Source: Cladosporium halotolerans (taxonomy: Eukaryota). From it: a stretch of DNA of 51,149 bases. The notes under the pieces were generated by a model, which had not been told where the DNA came from, did not search any database, and saw only the letters and a list, made by a program, of their open reading frames with translations. The number at the start of each line of letters is the position of its first letter. Position 1 is the stretch's first letter. The DNA is taken from positions 186,001 to 237,149 of the forward strand of contig NW_027191486.1 of assembly GCF_011745625.1 (NCBI RefSeq), in the 5' to 3' direction. The position numbers were made by a program, and so were the translations under genes. Positions 43,996-51,149 of this stretch are shown in pieces.

Positions 43996-45522
43996 ATGTC
44001 GTCGGCCTCGTCGAAGAGCTCGAGGAAATCCTCGCTCGACGAGGACGTCGAATCCGGACACCATGTCCCCCAGTCGAGGGCGGATTCCACCCCGCCGGAC
44101 CTCCAAGAAAAAGAGCAGGACCTCAGGACACCGCGGATAGATGACTGGACAGGCCCGGACGACCCCGAGAACCCTTGGAACTGGAGCGCCCGGAAGAGAT
44201 GGTACCACACCTTCATCCCCTCGGGCATCGCCCTGGTCTGCACTATGGCCTCCAGCATTTACGTGCCCGGCCGGGAAGATGTCATGCGGACTCTGGGCGC
44301 GTCACAGATCGTTGCTATTCTGCCGTATAGCATGTACGTGCTGGCGCTGGCGTTGGGACCCATGCTGGCGGGACCGAGTAGTGAGGTGTTGGGCAGGAGG
44401 GCCGTGTACTTGGTTTCCATCCCCATTTTTGCGCTTTTTACTTTGGGGTCAGGGTTCTCGAAGAGCATCGCGAGCTTGATCGTTTGCCGATTCTTTGCAG
44501 GGGTGTTTGGTAGTCCGGGGCTGTCGATTGGAAGTGCGACGGTCGCTGATATCTGGCGGCCGAGTGAGAGGGCGATTCCAATGTCGCTGTATGTGACCAC
44601 GCCTTTCCTGGGTCCGGCCATTGGCCCGCTTGTGGGAGGCTATGTGACGATTGCTTATGGATGGCAATGGACTCAGTGGGCTTTGCTGTTCTTCACAGTG
44701 GCTTTCCTGACTCCTGCATTTGGAATGCACGAGACGTACAAGGCACGCATTCTCGACCGACGGGCGAAGCGCCTGGGTCTGACACTGCCAGGAAATGAAA
44801 AGTCGGTATGGGAATCGGCTCGATTCTTCATAACTACGACGCTCACCAGGCCGATCCACATGGGCCTGACGGAGCCGATCGTCGGCCTCTTCACGATCTA
44901 CATCGCGATGAACTTCGCCATGCTCTACTCCTTCTTCGCAGTCTTCGAAGAAATTATGCGCGACCAGTACGGCTTCGACCTCGGCCAGAGCGGGCTCACC
45001 TTCCTCGGCCTTGGCGTCGGTTGCATCGTCGGTTGCATTTCGATCATCGTGCTGAACAAAACGCTCGTCAAGAAGCAGATCCGCGCTTCCGAGGCCAAGG
45101 GTGAGGGCGGCAAGGTCACACCAGAGTCCCGCCTCTACATCGCCATGGTCGGCAGTGTCTTCATCCCGCTGTCGCTCTTCTGGTTTGGCTGGACGGCGCG
45201 CTCGGATATACACTGGATCAGCCCCGTCATCGCGGAGGCCTTCTTCGGCTGCGGCAACCTCTTTATCTTCATGGCTGCCACGCTGTACCTCACGGACACC
45301 TACGGCGCGAAGTACACCGCGTCCGCCATGGGTGCCAACAACCTCGCCCGCTACACGGTCGGCTGCGTGTTCCCGCTCTGGGTGAATTTTATGTATGACG
45401 GGCTAGGCATTGGCTGGGCGACGAGTTTGTTTGGGTTCATCAGTTTGGCGATGATGCCGATTCCTTGGGTTTTCTATATTTGGGGCCCGAAGTTGAGGGC
45501 TAGCGTTAAGTACAAGCCTTGA
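43996..45522 (+). CDS. MFS drug:H+ antiporter (DHA1, Tpo1/Flr1-like), intronless
   Basis: DWTGPDDPENPWNW, SEVLGRR, PFLGPAIGPLVGG, ETY and PESRL, with about 12 TM segments. Confidence 0.92.
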   Translation: MSSASSKSSRKSSLDEDVESGHHVPQSRADSTPPDLQEKEQDLRTPRIDDWTGPDDPENPWNWSARKRWYHTFIPSGIALVCTMASSIYVPGREDVMRTLGASQIVAILPYSMYVLALALGPMLAGPSSEVLGRRAVYLVSIPIFALFTLGSGFSKSIASLIVCRFFAGVFGSPGLSIGSATVADIWRPSERAIPMSLYVTTPFLGPAIGPLVGGYVTIAYGWQWTQWALLFFTVAFLTPAFGMHETYKARILDRRAKRLGLTLPGNEKSVWESARFFITTTLTRPIHMGLTEPIVGLFTIYIAMNFAMLYSFFAVFEEIMRDQYGFDLGQSGLTFLGLGVGCIVGCISIIVLNKTLVKKQIRASEAKGEGGKVTPESRLYIAMVGSVFIPLSLFWFGWTARSDIHWISPVIAEAFFGCGNLFIFMAATLYLTDTYGAKYTASAMGANNLARYTVGCVFPLWVNFMYDGLGIGWATSLFGFISLAMMPIPWVFYIWGPKLRASVKYKP

Positions 45523-48326
45523 GAGGCATAATAGTAATGCGAGCGATTCTGCGGTTTCGAATTGACATGGCCGCCGGCCCCTGATCCTGGAGATTTCTCA
45601 CACCGCGTGCAAGACCGTCCTGCCTGCGTTGACCCACGACCGCCATGGCCCAGAGATTGCGGAGACGGTTTGGGGGAGAAAGCGGTCTATCGTTTCGCCA
45701 GTGTGGCCAAACGGTCTGAGTACATGCGACAGCCGATGTCTATGTATAGCGACACCGCGTTCCGCGGAGAGAATGCGTTCAGACAATGGTCTCAGGTGTG
45801 CAACAGGGTTCAGACAGGGTCGAAACATCCATCTAAGCCGCCTACTGTAGCTTCGTCGACGCGGATAAGCACTCGCAATATGCCAAACGTAATAGATTCG
45901 TTCTTATTCGACCTTATGGGAATGATGAGTCGCCATTCAAGGAACAGACATGGGTAGAAGCGAGTTTATCGATCTGCCATCAGCAGAGTACCAGGTTGTC
46001 GCATGCAAGTGAGCTCTCGCAGCTATCCCATGGTTGAACGAGCTTTACGCTCATGACTTGACAGAGCTCCATGCAAGTGCGGCACACTCCACCTCTTCAA
46101 CTAAATTATAGTGTGACATGCCCCAGCTAAAATCCAAACTTGAGTGGGAACTACTGGACGCAGGGAGTCCCGGAGGTTTTCAGGATCTTGAACCTGGTCG
46201 TCGTTCGGGATGCCAAGCGCGCGACTTCAAAAGTCCGTAGCGTGTTTCGATGAAGTCCGGAGCCCAGCAACTGTCCGAGCAGGTTGGTAGGGCTGCACAA
46301 CTCCACATCGACGTATGGTCGATACAGTTGCGTACTCGACTATTTGAGTACGTACGTGAACAGGGCGCAAGCAAGGCGTACTTGCATCGCCAAGGGAGTT
46401 AGAATTGACGGCCGGATGCCCAGCGTGAGGTGTAAAGCTAAAGTCGGTCGTCGCGGTGGTAGAGTGAGACTCAAGCAGCTCGAGATCTATTTTAATGACA
46501 ACCTTAATCTCCTCACGGCCTCCTCTACTTATGCAGCCTTCCACGCGTCTTTGTCGGATAGCGATAATCGGTTCATTCATCCTGCTGGCCTGAATATCGT
46601 ATTGATGGCAAGACGCTGTGTTCTGAAGACCACGACTGGCGGTGAGATAGGAGTTCGCCGACGCAGCGTGTCCTCGTATATGTCAGCAAGTCGTCATGCT
46701 AAAGATGGTTGCATCGCAGCTGAAATGGAGGACTTGGGATAATGGTCCTGAGGCTTCGCAGCTTGCGCCTCAGGCCTGCAGCGGTCAGGGCTTCGTAGGC
46801 GGAATCCGACGCAGCCATCCTACGCCGCCTTCCATGCATCTACCAGCCTCACCACCTCCGTCGACGCCTCATAATCCGCAATGATACGAAGGCTGACGAT
46901 CGAGCATCCGCATGATTTTGCAGCCCTACAATCCTCCGACTGGACCCCTCACAGCGACATTCATGTAGCACGGCGTGTTGGCCCTGGCGATCCAGCCTTA
47001 CGTGCCTTTTGTACCAAGCTCTGTTAAGCAAGCTGCTGTGTTCCTGACCGATCGGTCAACAATGGTGACGACGCATTTGCACCCCACTCCGGGGCACCGT
47101 TGTTCCTGGCCAGGTCTTTGCTCGCGGCTCCAAGCCCTCGGACTGACGGACACTCGAGCCGCCGAAGGCCAGCGCACCGTCAGCAACGCTCGTATATGGG
47201 CAGAGCGGCGTTCAGCTCCCTGGGGGCTCTCCATGTTGCAGGAAGGCCACACGGCGCAGCAGGTGTCATGAGGGCGGAGTTGACGTCCAGTAGCATTCGC
47301 AATCAGGTCCCGCATTGGGCTTCCCAAGACTATCGCTCGACTTGCAGCACGGACTGCATCATGCAAGAACAGGGGAGGCATCAACCCTGCGTGCATCACT
47401 GCACTGCGAGTGACCAGCCGCGCGAGATGCGTGCATGATGATTCCTATCGAACGCTTCCGCCGTCAAAATGGTCGATCGCTGCAGCAAGGCGGCCGGAGA
47501 CATGCAGACATCTGTCATGCAGCTTTCCACAAGGCTGCGTACAGCAGCGGCGACTTGCGATGTCAACATCCGTTTCGATTGTTCCAGAGCTCAGACACGC
47601 CCGTCGCGTTGCGGCCAAATCTCCGTAGCGTTGAGCCAAGCTGGGATCTTCGTTTCATCATCATCCCCAACTTCTCGTCGATCCGCCTTCCATGACTTCA
47701 CCTATCGTGCTTGGCCAGCCAAACACCGGCGCGGCGTCTCCGTCACGACGATACGACAAGCGATATATCTACAGTCCATCTCGCAGGCCAAGGATAAGCT
47801 AAGCATCTGGACCTTACGGGCGGCTGACCGCAGCGCATTGAACGTAGGCTCCGGCCGAGTACAATTGTGAGTACCTGCGCCTCACAGGGCGAAGGGAGAC
47901 GCCGCTTGCGTCTCATAGGCTGTCCGCATGGCAGGCGCATCACAGGTAATGGAAATAACCTTCAGCGTTCCCAGACATTGGTGTGATAGCGGTCTGACAC
48001 GGGCCATCGCACGTCCGAGGCCAAGGTCGTGAGGACCATGAGGGCTACCCTCTCCCGTTCTGAGTCGTAGCGTACCTGGCTGCGCTTCTTGGAAATAGTG
48101 GCGACTACCACTTTTGGATTCAGCTAGCATGGGTTGACACTTGGGGTTTCCGGCTCCAAACAATAGCTGCCGCATTGGTGGGTTCATCTCGTTCACTGCT
48201 GCCTTCTTATACCACGACGCCGCCCGTTATATTCTCTCATATTGTCTCAACCCGTTTCTTTGAGTTCTTCACTACATCCCTCGTTTCAACGTTCTTTCGT
48301 TCAAACCCCTGTGCTGGTGAGACACC

Positions 48327-50469
48327 ATGCATTACAATACATTGCTGCCACTTGCTTTGGCAGCGACTACGGAGGCGTTCGGCTTGCGCAGTGCCCTAGG
48401 CGATAGTGTGTCATTCACTGGTCTAGAAGGAAAGCTATCGGACAACCTTTCCAACAAGAAGCTCTTGGATAGACTGCCTGTTGTGGGCCCTACTCTCAGA
48501 CGAATCAACATCCCCGGACGACCACCATGGCGAGGAGAGGGCAAGACTGACGGGAGTCCCGACTATCCTTATGTCTTCGCCAACCCTCTACCGATCCCTG
48601 AGGTCGCTAAGCCCATCTTCACTGAAGAGGTGAATGGCGTTCCGATTGACTACTATGAGATGACGATCGAGAACTTTCAGACACAGCTATTCCCTGACCG
48701 CGGACCAACTACACTCATCGGGTGAGTCCCACCCTGCCTTTGCGCTCTTGATACTTGACTGACGATCCCAAAGCTACAATGGAACTACTCCTGGCCCGAC
48801 CTTCATGGTCCAAGAAGGCCGCGAGACCGTCGTCAGAGTCCTGAACAACGGCAACCGTACGGCCTCCATGCATCTTCACGGGATGTCCTCGCACTCCGCT
48901 TGGGACGGGTGGGCGGTGGACGAGATGGAGATCGGGCAGTGGAAGGATTACTACTATGGCAACAACGAGGGTGCCCGATCGATCTGGTACCATGACCATG
49001 CCGAGCACCACACGGGACTCGACGCCTACTACGGCCAAGCTGGTGTCTACATCGTATACGACCCAAAGGAGGATGCCCTCGGCCTGCCTAGCGGGAAGTA
49101 CGACGTCCCTCTTGCGCTCTCGGACAAGACCTACCAAGACAACGGCGAGCTGAAGTCTATTGAGGGCGTTAATTTGAACTTCGTCGGCGAGTTCATTCAG
49201 GTGAACGAAATGCCGTGGCCATATCTCGAGGTCGAGCCTCGCAAGTACCGCTTCAGGATCTACGACATGTCCGTCAGCCGTCCATACGACCTCTACATTG
49301 TCGATGAGGATGGCAACTGGCTCGACTTCCAGGTCATCGGCTCCGACTCTGGCCTGTTCGCTCACCCTGTGAAGACTAACGATCTGACAATTTCCATGGG
49401 TGAGCGTTACGAAATCGTTGTGGACTTCTCCGGTGTCAAGGGACAGAACATCACCTTGGGCAACAAGCTTTCGATTCCGCAAATTCAGGATTTCGAGAAC
49501 ACCGACAAAGTCATGCGCTTCGTTGTCGGCAACGATGTCAGCGACAGTAGTAACAACGGCGCTGTACCTAGCACCCTAAACCCCGACATTGCTTTCCCGA
49601 AGAAGAAGAACATGACAAAGGTTGACCAGACCTTCAACTTCCAGATGGGCGGTGACGCAACCTGGACGATCAACGGCGTTGCCTTCAGTGACCCCAACGC
49701 ACGAGTTCTCGCGAGACCTCCTCAGGGAAGCGTCGAGCTTTGGGAAGTTCGCCACACCGGTGGTCCTGGCGTCCACCCTGTGCACATCCACTTGGTCAAC
49801 CTCCAGATTGTCAGCCGCTCTGGTGGCACTCGCGGACTGCTCCCTTACGAGACCGCTGGACTGAAGGACACCGTCCTGCTGCAGCCCGGCGAGACAGTTC
49901 ACGTCCTGGCTTACTACGGCCCGTGGAACGGTCTCTACATGTTCCACTGCCACAACCTGGTGCATGAAGACAACGAAATGCTGGGCGCCATGAACATCAC
50001 CCGACTCACTGAGCTTGGCTACGATGTCGAGTCTACCCAGGGCATCGACCAACCAGACGGTGGTGATTTCGCCCCCGTCGACTTCAGCGAAAACGCGTAC
50101 GGAGAGGACGCAAAGCACTCCGCAGTCCGCGCCCTCGGCAGCCTCAACGCATACCAGCCCGCCTCTTCCCTCGCTGCCGCCCAGGCCAGCTACTATTCTG
50201 CGCACGGCGATGAGCAGAACCCGGCAACAACCCGTGTCACCCAGACTGCCACCGTCTCTCCCTCCAGCGCCGGTGACGGCTTCAGCAGCTCCACCACTTC
50301 TGAGGCTCTCCCTGGCTTCGAGAAGCTGTTGCCTTCCGTCAATTTGCTCAGCGACCTTGGTCTAGGCGGCTTGCTAGGCCGTGACGCTGGCACCACGACT
50401 GCGACGTGGCAGACCGTGGCGAAGCCCACTGCTTCTCCAGCGACCACTGCTGCTCCTACAAGGAAGTAG
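48327..50469 (+). CDS. Secreted multicopper oxidase, bilirubin oxidase/CotA type, 696 aa
   Basis: Exons 48327-48721 and 48774-50469. Signal peptide; Cu motifs HLHG, WYHDH, HPVHIH and HCHNLVHEDNEM (Met axial ligand); Ser/Thr-rich tail. Confidence 0.93.
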
Positions 50470-50877
50470 AGTCTTACCTTGCCTGATTTGGATTTGAGCG
50501 TGTACATTTCGTATCTCTTCTCAACATCTCTTGGTGGTTCTTGGCTATGCATCGGGCGGAGCGTGCGGGTCACATTTCGGCTTTTTCCATTGAACCCTCA
50601 TTACTATCATCATCGCGTCTCATCAGATTTCGAGCTTTGTAAATAAAGGAACCCAGTCCTGAACCAACATGGTACACATAGAATACAACCAAAATTCGCA
50701 TTTCACTCCACTGCCGGTTGAACTGATTGATCGCCATTTCAAAGAGTCCGTATTCATGGCAAGCATAAGAACAAATTTGTGATTGAGGTCCAAGCCGACC
50801 GATAACTAGTTGACCTCTTCATTACCGCACACATCTCAACCTCACCACGACAGCCCTTCGATACTTGAATCAAACCT

Positions 50878-51101
50878 TCATCCACGCTCCGGCCGCACAG
50901 TCTTCGTAGCCGCCCTCAACTCCCTCTCAATCTGCTTCTGCGCCGACGTGCCCGCGCAAAGCATGATGAACGTAACCAGAACAGCTATCGCGCCAAAAAG
51001 CGCCCCGAATGCCGCGAAAATCACCACGCCCTCGGGCACCTCGACGGACAGCAGGACGATCATGCTCGTCTCCCAGACGACGGAGACCAGCGTGGCGAGC
51101 T
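50878..51101 (-). CDS. Last exon of a membrane-protein gene whose 5' part lies beyond the window
   Basis: Branch point ctgat plus cag acceptor at 51104-51102, then an open frame ...LATLVSVVWETSMIVLLSVEVPEGVVIFAAFGALFGAIAVLVTFIMLC...PERG* with two hydrophobic helices. Confidence 0.5.
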
Positions 51102-51149
51102 CTGCGACGGTCGCACATCAGTTCTGAAGTTCGCCTCAAAACCCCCCCC

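Noticed and set aside
588..50469. Stop-codon readthrough (TGA-CTA) generating cryptic peroxisomal isoforms
   Set aside because: None of the TGA stop contexts I checked is followed by CTA.
1..51149. Autonomous transposon, RIP-degraded AT-rich block, rRNA or TPP riboswitch
   Set aside because: No transposase, RT or integrase motifs, no extended AT-rich tract, and no rRNA-like or thiamine-gene context visible.

Overview
Eukaryotic DNA from a filamentous ascomycete (Pezizomycotina; Dothideomycete-like is my impression, not proven). Evidence: short GT-AG introns with CTRAC/CTAAC branch points and fungal housekeeping orthologues. I count about 21 protein-coding genes, 2 of them truncated by the window edges, plus one intron-containing tRNA-Cys. 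The left end holds an accessory group: a GNAT 3' end, an AHL-lactonase-type metallo-beta-lactamase, a His-rich GNAT and an MFS transporter. The core block contains SWP1/ribophorin II, an AT-hook orphan, Rab5/Ypt52, SAC1, a thioredoxin-like membrane protein, a P450, MET7/FPGS, MSH6, tRNA-Cys, CAC2, COX10, PPZ1 and an enoyl-CoA isomerase. The right end is a second accessory block: an atypical P450, a DHA1 MFS transporter and a bilirubin-oxidase-type multicopper oxidase. Three signals stand out that the genes do not explain. (1) At least six ~1 kb patches switch from C/A-rich through a CpG-rich core to G/T-rich, regardless of gene orientation (origin-like skew inversion). (2) A perfect 45-bp inverted repeat ends in TA (MITE or hairpin-RNA candidate). 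(3) The lactonase, two acetyltransferases and a transporter may form a detoxification module. Exon boundaries were read by eye and family assignments rest on motif recognition, with no database search.
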